Positions 42,759 to 52,297 of a stretch of DNA of 64,000 nt are shown one piece after another. Each line of letters begins with the position of its first letter. Position 1 is the stretch's first letter. Location of the stretch: the NCBI GenBank assembly GCA_904390925.1, contig CAJFMB010000001.1:9167-73166 (forward strand), read 5' to 3'. The DNA is from an uncultured Subdoligranulum sp. (lineage in GTDB: Bacteria > Bacillota > Clostridia > Oscillospirales > Ruminococcaceae). Position numbers and translations under genes: made by a program. Below the pieces are notes generated by a model that was not told the DNA's origin, did no database searches, and saw nothing but the letters and a program-made list of their open reading frames with translations.

Positions 42759-43664
42759 ATGGCAGACAATGCGGTACTGGTACGGGCATTGCAGGCACAG
42801 CAGCTTCCGGTTCTGGAGCAGGAACCTTTAAGCCGTCACACCACTTTTCGGATCGGCGGCCCGGCGGCGGTGTTCTGCCTGCCGGAAACCCCCGCACAGC
42901 TGCTTCGCACACTGGAGTTCTGCCGGCAGCAGGGTGTCCGCACCTATCTGCTGGGCAACGGTTCCAATACGCTGTTTGCAGATGCCGGCTTTGATGGTGC
43001 GGTGATCTGCACGGTGGAAATGAAACATCCGGTTACCGTCACCGGCACCCGCATCAACGCCGCGGCGGGAGCATCCCTGGCCAATGTTTGCCGGGAGGCA
43101 CTGCACCATGGGCTGACCGGACTGGAATTTGCCTTCGGTATTCCCGGCACAGTGGGCGGCGCCACCTACATGAACGCCGGCGCCTACGGCGGGGAACTGA
43201 AACAGGTGATCACCCAGGTGACATTCCTGGATGAGGATCTGAAAGCCCGGACGCTGCCGCTGTCGGAGTTGGCCATGGGATACCGCACCAGCCGGTTTGA
43301 GCAGAAGGGCGGCATCGTGCTGGAGGCGGAATTCCAGCTGGCGGCCGGGGACCCTGCCGCCATTGAAGCCAGAATGCAGGAGCTGATGGCCCGCCGCCGG
43401 GAAAAGCAGCCGCTGGAACTGCCTTCCGCGGGCAGTACCTTCAAGCGGCCCCAGGGCGCTTTTGCCGGCGCACTGATCGAGCAGGCGGGGCTGCGGGGCT
43501 TCACGGTGGGCGGTGCTGCCATCAGCACCAAGCACTGCGGTTTTGTGGTGAATCTGGGCGGGGCTACCTGCGCGGATGTGGTTCGCCTGACCGATGAGGT
43601 CGCCCGCATTGTGTATGAAAAGACGGGATTTCGCCTGGAACGCGAGATCCGTGTGGTACAGTAA
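42759..43664 (+). CDS. murB: UDP-N-acetylenolpyruvoylglucosamine reductase
   Basis: HTTFRIGG, GNGSN, GIPGTVGG..MNAGAYG, QPL..PSAGSTFKRP, KHCGF. Confidence 0.95.
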   Translation: MADNAVLVRALQAQQLPVLEQEPLSRHTTFRIGGPAAVFCLPETPAQLLRTLEFCRQQGVRTYLLGNGSNTLFADAGFDGAVICTVEMKHPVTVTGTRINAAAGASLANVCREALHHGLTGLEFAFGIPGTVGGATYMNAGAYGGELKQVITQVTFLDEDLKARTLPLSELAMGYRTSRFEQKGGIVLEAEFQLAAGDPAAIEARMQELMARRREKQPLELPSAGSTFKRPQGAFAGALIEQAGLRGFTVGGAAISTKHCGFVVNLGGATCADVVRLTDEVARIVYEKTGFRLEREIRVVQ

Positions 43665-43736
43665 AACGAAAAGCCAGACATCCGGTGCAGGCCGCAGGGC
43701 AGGCACCGGATGCGGCGGAAAGGGGCAGGGCAGCGT

Positions 43737-44600
43737 ATGAAACTGCTGGTTGTGACCGGCCTTTCGGGGGCGGGAAAATCCATGGCCGTCAATGCACTGG
43801 AAGACATCGGCTTTTTCTGCATCGACAATATTCCGGCAGGGCTGATGCCCCGCCTGATTGACTTTGCCCTGCAGGGCGAAAACCAGCTCAACCGGGTAGC
43901 GGTGGTCCTGGATGTGCGGGGCCTGCGCACGGTTCAGGATGTGGACAATGCGCTGGCGGCACTGGACGAGAAAAAGGTGGATTACGAGATCCTGTTCCTG
44001 GATGCCTCCGACGATGCCATCCGGCGCCGCTATAAGGAAACCCGCCGCCAGCATCCGCTGACCATCAGCGAGGGGCTGCCCGTGCAGGAGGCCATCGCCC
44101 GGGAACGCCAGGTGCTGGACCCGCTGCGGGAACGTGCCAAATACATCATTGACACCTCCATGCTTTCCACCGCACAGAACCGGGAACGGGTCTGCAGCCT
44201 GTTCCTCAACAAGGGCCAGACCGGCATGTCGCTGATGGTGGTCTCCTTCGGCTTCAAGTACGGGATTCCGCAGGAGGCTGATCTGGTGTTTGACGTGCGT
44301 TGTCTGCCAAATCCCTTCTATGTGCCGGAGCTGAAAAAACTTACGGGACTGGACCAGGCAGTGGTGGACTATGTGATGAAGGCACCCGAGTCACAGGAAT
44401 TCCTGCGCCGGATCGAGAGCTTTCTCGAGTATGCGCTGCCGCTCTATGTCAAGGAAGGCAAAAGCCAGCTGATGATTGCGGTGGGGTGCACCGGCGGCAA
44501 ACACCGCTCCATCACTTTTGCCCGCAAAATCGGGGAATACTGTCAGAAACTTGGCTATGCACCCAGTGTCCAGCACCGGGACGCCAAACGCACCATGTAA
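43737..44600 (+). CDS. rapZ: RNase adaptor / nucleotide-binding protein RapZ (YvcJ)
   Basis: TGLSGAGKS, DVR, RRYKETRR.HPL, SFGFKYG, PNPFY, GCTGGKHRS. Confidence 0.95.
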   Translation: MKLLVVTGLSGAGKSMAVNALEDIGFFCIDNIPAGLMPRLIDFALQGENQLNRVAVVLDVRGLRTVQDVDNALAALDEKKVDYEILFLDASDDAIRRRYKETRRQHPLTISEGLPVQEAIARERQVLDPLRERAKYIIDTSMLSTAQNRERVCSLFLNKGQTGMSLMVVSFGFKYGIPQEADLVFDVRCLPNPFYVPELKKLTGLDQAVVDYVMKAPESQEFLRRIESFLEYALPLYVKEGKSQLMIAVGCTGGKHRSITFARKIGEYCQKLGYAPSVQHRDAKRTM

Positions 44601-44677
44601 TACCAGGGGCCTGCCTGCACAGGGCGGGCCCCAAATCGGTAGTAGAACCAAATTTTATCCCAGGGAGGCCCTTTGCC

Positions 44678-45631
44678 TTGAGCTTTTCTCAGGATGTCAA
44701 GAACGAAATCCTGCGCCGCAAGATCCAGCGGCACTGCTGTACCCAGGCTGCCGCCTATGCGGTGGCCTGCTTTGGCAAATATTTTGACGAGCACGGCGTT
44801 GTGTTCCAGACCGAATCGGAAGGCATTGCCATGCTGGTCCGGAAACTGTATGACCGCTGCGGCATCCAGGGCACCGTCCTGGAAAAACAGCGGGCGTCCG
44901 GCCCGGTGTATGAGTTCGCCGTGAAGGACCCCGCCGAGGTGGACAAGATGCTGACGCTGTTCGGCCACACCGGCCGGGAACCGGCGCTGCGCATCAACCC
45001 CGACTGTTTTTCCTGCCAGCACTGCGTGTCCTATTTTCTGTCCACGGCGTTTCTCTGCTGCGGCACCGCCACTGACCCGGAAAAGGGATATACCATCGAG
45101 TTCTTGAGCCAGCGGTATCATGTCTCCCGCCAGCTGGAGGCCATTTTGTCCGAACACCATTTCCGGCCTCACCGCACGCTGCGCAAGGGAGCCAACGTGG
45201 TGTACATCAAGGCCAGCGACCAGATCGAAAACCTGCTGGCCTTCATGGGCGCAGGCAACTCTGCCATGCGGGTGATGGAACAGCGCATGTACAACGATGT
45301 GCGCAACCGCACCAACCGGCTCTCCAACTGCGAGACCGCAAACCTGGGCAAGAGCGTCCAGGCGGCGGTTCAGGTGCAGCTGGCCATCCGCACTCTGCAG
45401 CAGGCGGGGGCGATGGACACCCTGCCGGAACCCTTGCGGGAGACCGCCCGCCTGCGTATGGAATACCCGGACCTGCCGCTGGCCAGGCTGGCGGAAAAAT
45501 TTGATCCGCCGGTCAGCAAGGCGGGGCTGTCCCATCGGTTCAAGCGCATTCAGGAAGCTGCCCACCGTGTCGAGGCTGCACGCCCGCAGCCCGACACACC
45601 CCAAACCCCATCCCGGAAGGAAGTACCATGA
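44678..45631 (+). CDS. whiA: DNA-binding protein WhiA
   Basis: SFSQDVKNE, DPEKGY.IE, VYIK, NR..NCETAN, SKAGLSHR; TTG start after GGGAGG. Confidence 0.9.
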   Translation: MSFSQDVKNEILRRKIQRHCCTQAAAYAVACFGKYFDEHGVVFQTESEGIAMLVRKLYDRCGIQGTVLEKQRASGPVYEFAVKDPAEVDKMLTLFGHTGREPALRINPDCFSCQHCVSYFLSTAFLCCGTATDPEKGYTIEFLSQRYHVSRQLEAILSEHHFRPHRTLRKGANVVYIKASDQIENLLAFMGAGNSAMRVMEQRMYNDVRNRTNRLSNCETANLGKSVQAAVQVQLAIRTLQQAGAMDTLPEPLRETARLRMEYPDLPLARLAEKFDPPVSKAGLSHRFKRIQEAAHRVEAARPQPDTPQTPSRKEVP

Positions 45632-48600
45632 GCGAGTCACAACGTCAGTTTACCCACCTGCATGTGCATACGGAATACAGCCTTCTGGACGGTGCCTGCC
45701 GCATTGACAGGATGTTTGACCGCCTGAAGGAGATGGGCCAGACCGCCGTGGCCATCACCGACCATGGCGTTATGTACGGCTGCGTCCAGTTTTATGACGC
45801 GGCGGTGGCCGCGGGCATCAAGCCGATCATCGGCTGTGAGGTGTATGTGGCTACCCGCACCCGGTTTGACAAGGTCAACCGGGTGGACGGCAACAATCAC
45901 CTGATTCTTCTGTGCAAAAATGAGACCGGCTACAAAAACCTGATCAAGATGGTCTCGGCCGGCTTCCTGGAAGGCTTCTATTCCAAGCCTCGCATTGACA
46001 AACAGCTGCTGAAACAGCACCACGAAGGGCTTGTCTGCCTGTCCGCCTGCCTGGCGGGGGAGATCCCCCAGGCCATTCTGGCAGGGGATTATGCCCGTGC
46101 CAAGCAGACAGCGCTGTATTTCAATGAGCTGTTCGGTCAGGGCAACTACTATATTGAACTGCAGGACCATGGCCTGGACGAGGACCGGGTGGTGCTGCCC
46201 CAGCTGATCCGCCTCTCCCGGGAGACCGGCATCCCCATGGTGGCTACCAACGACGCCCACTATATCCGCAAGGAGGACGCCAAGACCCAGAGCATCCTGC
46301 TCTGCATCCAGACCGGCAAGACCATTGCCGACGTGGACCGGATGGAGTTCCAGACCGACGAGTTCTATCTCAAGAGCACTGACGAGATGTATGACCTCTT
46401 CTCGATGGTGCCGGAAGCCTGTGAGAACACCAATAAAATTGCGGATCTGTGTGATTTCCATTTCGAGTTCGGCAACACCAAGCTGCCTTACTTCAAGGCG
46501 CCGGACGGCATGGAAAACCAGGAGTATTTTGAAAAGCTCTGCCGGGAAGGACTGGAGCGCCGCTACCCCGGCAAGGTCACGCCCGAACTGAGGGAGCGCC
46601 TGGAGTACGAGATCGGTGTGGTCAAGAACATGGGGTACACCAACTATTACCTCATTGTCTATGACTTCATCAACTATGCCAAGAGCCGGGGCATCCCGGT
46701 GGGTCCTGGACGTGGGTCCGGCGCCGGCAGCCTGGCCGCCTACTGTGTGGGCATCACCGACATTGATCCCATCCGGTACAATCTGATCTTCGAACGGTTT
46801 CTGAACCCCGAGCGGGTTTCCATGCCGGATTTTGACGTGGACTTCTGTTACGAGCGCCGGCAGGAGGTCATCGACTACGTCAACGAGAAGTATGGCCGGG
46901 ACCATGTGGCCCAGATTGTCACCTTCGGCACCATGGCCGCCCGCAACGCGGTGCGGGATGTGGGCCGTGTCATGGGCCTGCCATACCAGGACGTGGACAA
47001 GGTGGCCAAGCTGATCCCCATGGAGCTGAAAATGACGCTCCATCATGCGCTGGAAGTCTCGCCCGACCTGAAAAAGCTCTACGACACCGACCCCAAGATC
47101 CACGAGCTCATCGATACCGCCATCGCGGTGGAGGGCATGCCCCGGCACGCCTCCACCCATGCGGCAGGCGTCGTCATTACCCGGGAACCGGCCACCGAGT
47201 ATGTGCCGCTTTCCACCAACGACGGCCTGCCGGTGACCCAGTTCAACATGACCGAGATCGAGCGCCTGGGCCTGCTCAAGATGGACTTTCTGGGTCTGCG
47301 CACTCTGACAGTCATCCATGACACCGAGGTTGCCATCCAGCGTCACACGCCGGAGTTTGCTGTCGCCAAGATTGACTATGACGACGCCGCCACCTATGCC
47401 ATGCTTACCAACGGTGAGACGGAGGGCGTGTTCCAGCTGGAATCCACCGGCATGCGGCAGGTGCTCACCGGCCTGCGCCCGAAGAACCTGGAAGACATCA
47501 TCGCCCTGATTTCGCTGTACCGTCCCGGGCCCATGGATTCCATTCCCACCTATCTGCGCAACCGCAAGGAGCCGGACAAAATCCAGTACAAGACCCCGCA
47601 GCTGGCCCATATTCTGGACGTCACCAACGGGTGTATCGTCTACCAGGAACAGGTCATGCAGATCTGCCGGGAGCTGGCGGGCTTCAGCTATGGTCAGGCA
47701 GACAATGTCCGCCGCGCCATGAGCAAGAAAAAGCACAAGGTCATGGAGGCCGAGCGGGAGCACTTTGTCCATGGCTGTACCGAGCCCGGCCGCGAATGTC
47801 CCGGCTGTGTCAAGAACGGCATCTCGGAGCAGGCTGCCAATGAGATCTATGACGAGATGGTCAGCTTTGCCTCCTATGCTTTCAACAAATCCCATGCGGC
47901 CTGTTATGCCTATGTGGCCTTCCAGACTGCCTATCTCAAGTGTCACTATCCCCGGGAGTTCATGGCAGCCTTGCTCACCAGCGTGCTGGACAATACCTCC
48001 AAGGTGATCGAGTATTCCACCGAGTGCCAGCGCCTGGGCATCAAGGTGCTGCCGCCCAACATCAACGTTTCCCGCGGTGGCTTCACGGTGGACGGCGAGT
48101 CCATCCGCTTCGGTCTGAACGCGGTGAAAAACGTGGGCCGCAACCTGATTGACACGGTGGTGGCAAAGCGGGAGGAGCGTCCTTTCCGGGGACTTTACGA
48201 CTTCTGCAAGCGGCTGTACGGCAACGAACTCAACCGCCGCGCGGTGGAAAGCCTGATCCGTGCCGGTGCCTTTGACGAGCTGGAGCCTTCCCGCCGCGGT
48301 ATGCTGGAAAGCGTCGAGCCGATTCTGAAAAGTATCGAGACAGACCAGCGCCACAACCTGGATGGACAGATCGATCTGTTCGGCCTGATGTCGGGCGGGG
48401 AACAGCAGGCCGATGATTACAAGGTTCCGCCCATGGCGGAGTATACGGCCCAGGAGCTTCTCCAGATGGAGAAAGATGTCTCGGGGTTGTATCTGTCCGG
48501 CCATCCGCTGGATGCCTACCGGGAGGAGATCGACCGCATCTCCACCTGCACGGTGGCCCAGCTCACCGGGGAGGAAGCAAAGGAACTGGACAACAAAATG

Positions 48601-49149
48601 GTCACGGTTCTCTGCACGGTGGTCAAAAACAAGGTGATGACCACCCGCGCCAACACGCTGATGTCCTTTACCACCATCGAGGATCTGACCGGTACCATGG
48701 AGATGCTGGTCTTCCCGAAAATCTATGCCGAGTGCCGCGCCTGGCTGCAGGAAAATGCGGTCATCGTGATTCAGGGCCGTGTCTCCTACAAGGAGGATGA
48801 GGGCACCCGTCTTCTGGCGGAAGGAGTACGTCCCATCGACGGATATCAGGCAGACAAGACCTTTGGCGAGAACCGGGCCATCGCGGCAGGGGAGCAGCGC
48901 CGGGTCCAGCCGAAGGTGGCTGCCCTGTGGCTTTTGGTCCCGTCGATGCACAGTGTGCAGATGCAGCGGGTGGAAAATCTGCTGCGGAATATTTTTGACG
49001 GCCCAACGCCGGTCTACTTCAAATTCGAGGATACCGGCCAGCGGATGCGTGCGCCGCAGAGCATGTGGGCCAATGATCACCCGCTTTTGCGGGAGGAATT
49101 GACGCGAATTTTAGGAAAAGACCACGTAAAAGAGCAAACTGCAAAATAA
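45628..49149 (+). CDS. dnaE: DNA polymerase III alpha subunit (DnaE)
   Basis: HLHVHTEYSLLDG, GPGRGSGAGS, MPDFDVDF, KMDFLGL, FNKSH, clamp motif QIDLF, OB fold. Confidence 0.97.
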   Translation: MSESQRQFTHLHVHTEYSLLDGACRIDRMFDRLKEMGQTAVAITDHGVMYGCVQFYDAAVAAGIKPIIGCEVYVATRTRFDKVNRVDGNNHLILLCKNETGYKNLIKMVSAGFLEGFYSKPRIDKQLLKQHHEGLVCLSACLAGEIPQAILAGDYARAKQTALYFNELFGQGNYYIELQDHGLDEDRVVLPQLIRLSRETGIPMVATNDAHYIRKEDAKTQSILLCIQTGKTIADVDRMEFQTDEFYLKSTDEMYDLFSMVPEACENTNKIADLCDFHFEFGNTKLPYFKAPDGMENQEYFEKLCREGLERRYPGKVTPELRERLEYEIGVVKNMGYTNYYLIVYDFINYAKSRGIPVGPGRGSGAGSLAAYCVGITDIDPIRYNLIFERFLNPERVSMPDFDVDFCYERRQEVIDYVNEKYGRDHVAQIVTFGTMAARNAVRDVGRVMGLPYQDVDKVAKLIPMELKMTLHHALEVSPDLKKLYDTDPKIHELIDTAIAVEGMPRHASTHAAGVVITREPATEYVPLSTNDGLPVTQFNMTEIERLGLLKMDFLGLRTLTVIHDTEVAIQRHTPEFAVAKIDYDDAATYAMLTNGETEGVFQLESTGMRQVLTGLRPKNLEDIIALISLYRPGPMDSIPTYLRNRKEPDKIQYKTPQLAHILDVTNGCIVYQEQVMQICRELAGFSYGQADNVRRAMSKKKHKVMEAEREHFVHGCTEPGRECPGCVKNGISEQAANEIYDEMVSFASYAFNKSHAACYAYVAFQTAYLKCHYPREFMAALLTSVLDNTSKVIEYSTECQRLGIKVLPPNINVSRGGFTVDGESIRFGLNAVKNVGRNLIDTVVAKREERPFRGLYDFCKRLYGNELNRRAVESLIRAGAFDELEPSRRGMLESVEPILKSIETDQRHNLDGQIDLFGLMSGGEQQADDYKVPPMAEYTAQELLQMEKDVSGLYLSGHPLDAYREEIDRISTCTVAQLTGEEAKELDNKMVTVLCTVVKNKVMTTRANTLMSFTTIEDLTGTMEMLVFPKIYAECRAWLQENAVIVIQGRVSYKEDEGTRLLAEGVRPIDGYQADKTFGENRAIAAGEQRRVQPKVAALWLLVPSMHSVQMQRVENLLRNIFDGPTPVYFKFEDTGQRMRAPQSMWANDHPLLREELTRILGKDHVKEQTAK

Positions 49150-49196
49150 GTCCATGCGTTTTGCATGATTCGTCCATAATCCACAGCGTGAAGCTG

Positions 49197-49205
49197 TGGT
49201 ATAAT
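49197..49205 (+). promoter_or_regulatory. Extended -10 promoter for pfkA
   Basis: TGGTATAAT about 140 bp upstream of the start codon. Confidence 0.55.
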
Positions 49206-49341
49206 GGGGTTGTGAAAAATTTGTTTTATGGAACCGCCGAGCAAACTCCGGACGGCGCTTTGGCATGCATGTTGCGGCATGCGGGGCAACGAAAGGGGCG
49301 GCGATTCCTTACCGTTTGCTGAAACAGGAGGGGCAACTCTT

Positions 49342-50316
49342 ATGGCAAAGGAAATTAAAACGATTGGCGTTTTGACCAGCGGCGGCGACGCACCCGGCAT
49401 GAATGCAGCAGTTCGTGCCATTGTGCGTGCCGGTATCACCAAAGGCTACCGTATGATGGGTATCCAGCGCGGTTACAACGGCCTGATCAACGGTGAGTGC
49501 TACGAAATGAACGTCCGCAGCGTTTCCGAGATTATCCATCGCGGCGGCACCATTCTGTACACCGCGCGTTGCCTCGAGTTCAAGACTGCCGCCGGCCAGG
49601 CCAAGGCACTGGCCCGCTGCAAGGAACTGGGCATTGATTCGCTGGTTGTCATCGGCGGCGACGGCTCTTTCATGGGCGCCCGTGCGCTGGCCAATCAGGG
49701 CATTCCCTGTATCGGCCTGCCCGGCACCATCGACAATGATATCGCCTGCAGCGAGTACACCATCGGTTACGACACTGCCATGAACACCGCTGTCGAGGCC
49801 ATCGACAAGCTGCGCGACACCACCCAGAGCCATGACCGCTGCAGCGTTGTCGAGGTCATGGGCCATCATGCCGGCTACATCGCCCTGAACGTGGGCATTG
49901 CCACCGGTGCTGTGGCTGTCTTGCTGCCTGAGCGTCCCTTTGATTTCGAGCGTGACATTCTCTCCCGCATGCGCCAGACTCAGGCCACCGGCAAGAAGCA
50001 CTTCATCGTCATCGTCTCCGAGGGCGTGATCGGTGCTCAGGAGCTGGCCAACCAGATTCAGGCAGCCACCGGCGTTGACAGCCGCGCTACCGTTCTGGGC
50101 CACATCCAGCGCGGCGGTTCCCCCACGGTGCGGGATCGTGTCATTGCTTCCCTGATGGGCTATCATGCTGTGGATCTGCTGGATAAGGGCATCTACAACC
50201 GTGTTGTAGCTGTCTCTGGCGGCAAGATCGTTGACTACGACGTGAACGTCGCTCTGTCCATGCACAAGTCCATCGACATGGATATGGTCGAGATCGCCAA
50301 CGCCATCTCCATCTGA
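49342..50316 (+). CDS. pfkA: ATP-dependent 6-phosphofructokinase
   Basis: TSGGDAPGMN, GGDGS, PGTIDND, EVMG, LGHIQRGG; AGGAGG RBS. Confidence 0.97.
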   Translation: MAKEIKTIGVLTSGGDAPGMNAAVRAIVRAGITKGYRMMGIQRGYNGLINGECYEMNVRSVSEIIHRGGTILYTARCLEFKTAAGQAKALARCKELGIDSLVVIGGDGSFMGARALANQGIPCIGLPGTIDNDIACSEYTIGYDTAMNTAVEAIDKLRDTTQSHDRCSVVEVMGHHAGYIALNVGIATGAVAVLLPERPFDFERDILSRMRQTQATGKKHFIVIVSEGVIGAQELANQIQAATGVDSRATVLGHIQRGGSPTVRDRVIASLMGYHAVDLLDKGIYNRVVAVSGGKIVDYDVNVALSMHKSIDMDMVEIANAISI

Positions 50317-50331
50317 TTTTTCCCGAGATAC

Positions 50332-50368
50332 ACAAGAGCCGCAGGTTTTTCCTGCGGCTCTTGTTTTA
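50332..50368. terminator. Terminator between convergent pfkA and patB
   Basis: ACAAGAGCCGCAGG-TTTTT-CCTGCGGCTCTTGT followed by TTT. Confidence 0.85.
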
Positions 50369-50407
50369 TGTTGTTATTTGAAAAGACAGAAACAAATGCA
50401 CCGGAAC

Positions 50408-51607
50408 TTATCCGTGGAATACATACCGGTCCAGCCGGTCAAAGGCTTGCTGCACCACATGGGTGGGCAGGGCAAGGTTCATCCGGATGCTGCATGCCCC
50501 ATGGAAGGGGCGGCCATCCTGCCAGATGACGCCCACCTTCACGCCGGCTTTCAGCAGTTCATCCAGCGTTTTGCCGTGGGCGCTGCACCAGTTAGTGCAG
50601 TCCAAAAACAGCATGTAGGTGCCCTCCGGGCGGGCCACCTCCACACCCTCAAAGTGGCTGCGGATAAACTCCACGGCGTAGCGCACATTCTTGCCCAGAA
50701 CCTCCCGCAGTCCGTCCAGCCAGGCGGCGCCGGTGTCGGAGTAAGCGCCAATCAGTGCGTGCATCCACAACACATTCATCTCGTTGTAATGGCACAGGGA
50801 GGCTTCCTTGTCCATGCGGTCCCGCAACCGGTCATTGTAGACAATGTGATAGCTGCCCACCAGGCCCGCCAGGTTGAAGGTCTTGGAGGGAGCATACAAC
50901 GCGATCACCCGCTGACGGGCATCCTCGCTCACCGACTGGGGCGGCACATGCTTGTGCCCGGGCAGGACCAGATCACTCCAGATTTCGTCCGAGATCACCG
51001 TCACGTCGTTTTTGCGGTAGACCTCCATGGCCTGCTCCACTTCCTGCCGGGTCCAGACACGGCCGCAGGGGTTGTGGGGCGTACAGAAGATGGCAGCGTG
51101 GATGCGGTTTTCCTTCAGCTTGCGGTCCATGTCCTCGTAGTCCATCCGCCAGACGCCGTCCGCATCCTGGACAAGAGGACTCAGCACAATGCGGTAACCG
51201 TAGTTTTCCAGCACATGGGTGAACCCGATGTAGGTGGGGGAGTGCAAAAGAACCGCATCCCCGGCCGAGCACAGAACCCGCAGGGCAGTGGCCACACCGC
51301 CCAGCACGCCGTTTTCATACCCGATGTGTTTGGCCTCCAGACCCTGTACCCCGTTGCGGGTACGCTGCCAGTTCAGGATGGCGTCATAATATTCGGGCCT
51401 GGGCGTAAAATAGCCAAAGGCGGGGTGCTGGGCCCGCGCCACAATGGCCTCGGTGATGCTGGGTGCGGTGATAAAATTCATGTCCGCCACCCACATGGGA
51501 ATCCGGGAAAAGCCCGGGTCGATCTCGGCGCCGGGAACGGGGATTTTCTCCACGGCAATGGCGTCCTGTCCCTCCCGGGAAAGCATGGTGGTAAAATCAA
51601 ACGACAT
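50408..51607 (-). CDS. MalY/PatB-family PLP C-S lyase (cystathionine beta-lyase-like)
   Basis: PMWVADM, FGY, PHNPCGRVW, SDEIW, APSKTFNLAG, EGTY; ATG at 51607. Confidence 0.92.
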   Translation of the reverse strand: MSFDFTTMLSREGQDAIAVEKIPVPGAEIDPGFSRIPMWVADMNFITAPSITEAIVARAQHPAFGYFTPRPEYYDAILNWQRTRNGVQGLEAKHIGYENGVLGGVATALRVLCSAGDAVLLHSPTYIGFTHVLENYGYRIVLSPLVQDADGVWRMDYEDMDRKLKENRIHAAIFCTPHNPCGRVWTRQEVEQAMEVYRKNDVTVISDEIWSDLVLPGHKHVPPQSVSEDARQRVIALYAPSKTFNLAGLVGSYHIVYNDRLRDRMDKEASLCHYNEMNVLWMHALIGAYSDTGAAWLDGLREVLGKNVRYAVEFIRSHFEGVEVARPEGTYMLFLDCTNWCSAHGKTLDELLKAGVKVGVIWQDGRPFHGACSIRMNLALPTHVVQQAFDRLDRYVFHG

Positions 51608-51864
51608 GGTCGTATAACACTTCCTTTGCTTGTGAAGTTCGGCTTTCCGCCTGTTTTTCATTCTAGCATCCTGCCGGTCGGAATACAAGGCAGTGTCCGG
51701 GACGCGCCGGGAAGGGGAAATATAAAATCGCGGTAAAATCTCGCAGAAACAGGTGGAATTTCCCTCTTGGCATGGTATAATGAATTAATTCCCATACAGT
51801 TTTCCCAATACAGTTCATAGACAAGGTCTGTTTCCACAGACACGGTATGCGGCGGGCGGTGACC

Positions 51865-52260
51865 ATGGAGCAACACAATGCAGACCGGCGCGGCAGCGTC
51901 CGGCTTCTGGCGGCTGTTTTGGGGGCTCTGGCTGCCATTGCGGTGGGAGCGGTCTGCCTGATCGCTCCGGTCTGGCAGCCTGGCTACGCGCCCACCGGAC
52001 CGGTGCTGCTTGCTGCCGAACAGGCTCAGCCGGAACAGACGCCGGCAGCGTCTGATACGGGGACCGCTGCCATCAACGTCAACACGGCCTCCCTGGAGCA
52101 GCTGATGCAGCTGCCGGGAATCGGCGAGGTCAAGGCAGCTGCCATACTGGAATACCGGACAGCCAACGGACCCTTTACCGATGTGGAACAGCTGGCGCAG
52201 GTCAAAGGAATCTCACAGCGCATGGTTGCCGAGTGGGGCGATCTTGTGACTGTCTCATAG
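51865..52260 (+). CDS. comEA: ComEA-family helix-hairpin-helix DNA-binding protein
   Basis: N-terminal TM, INVNTAS.EQL..LPGIG..KA..I..YR..NGPF..VEQL..VKGI; TGGTATAAT upstream (about 51773-51781). Confidence 0.8.
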   Translation: MEQHNADRRGSVRLLAAVLGALAAIAVGAVCLIAPVWQPGYAPTGPVLLAAEQAQPEQTPAASDTGTAAINVNTASLEQLMQLPGIGEVKAAAILEYRTANGPFTDVEQLAQVKGISQRMVAEWGDLVTVS

Positions 52261-52297
52261 CGCCCGGGCGGGTGCAACAAGCAATCAGGAGGACATC

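Noticed and set aside
45637-49080. 1147-aa antisense ORF opposite dnaE (similar ones lie opposite mutS, mutL, ppk1 and ffh)
   Set aside because: Same shadow-ORF artefact.
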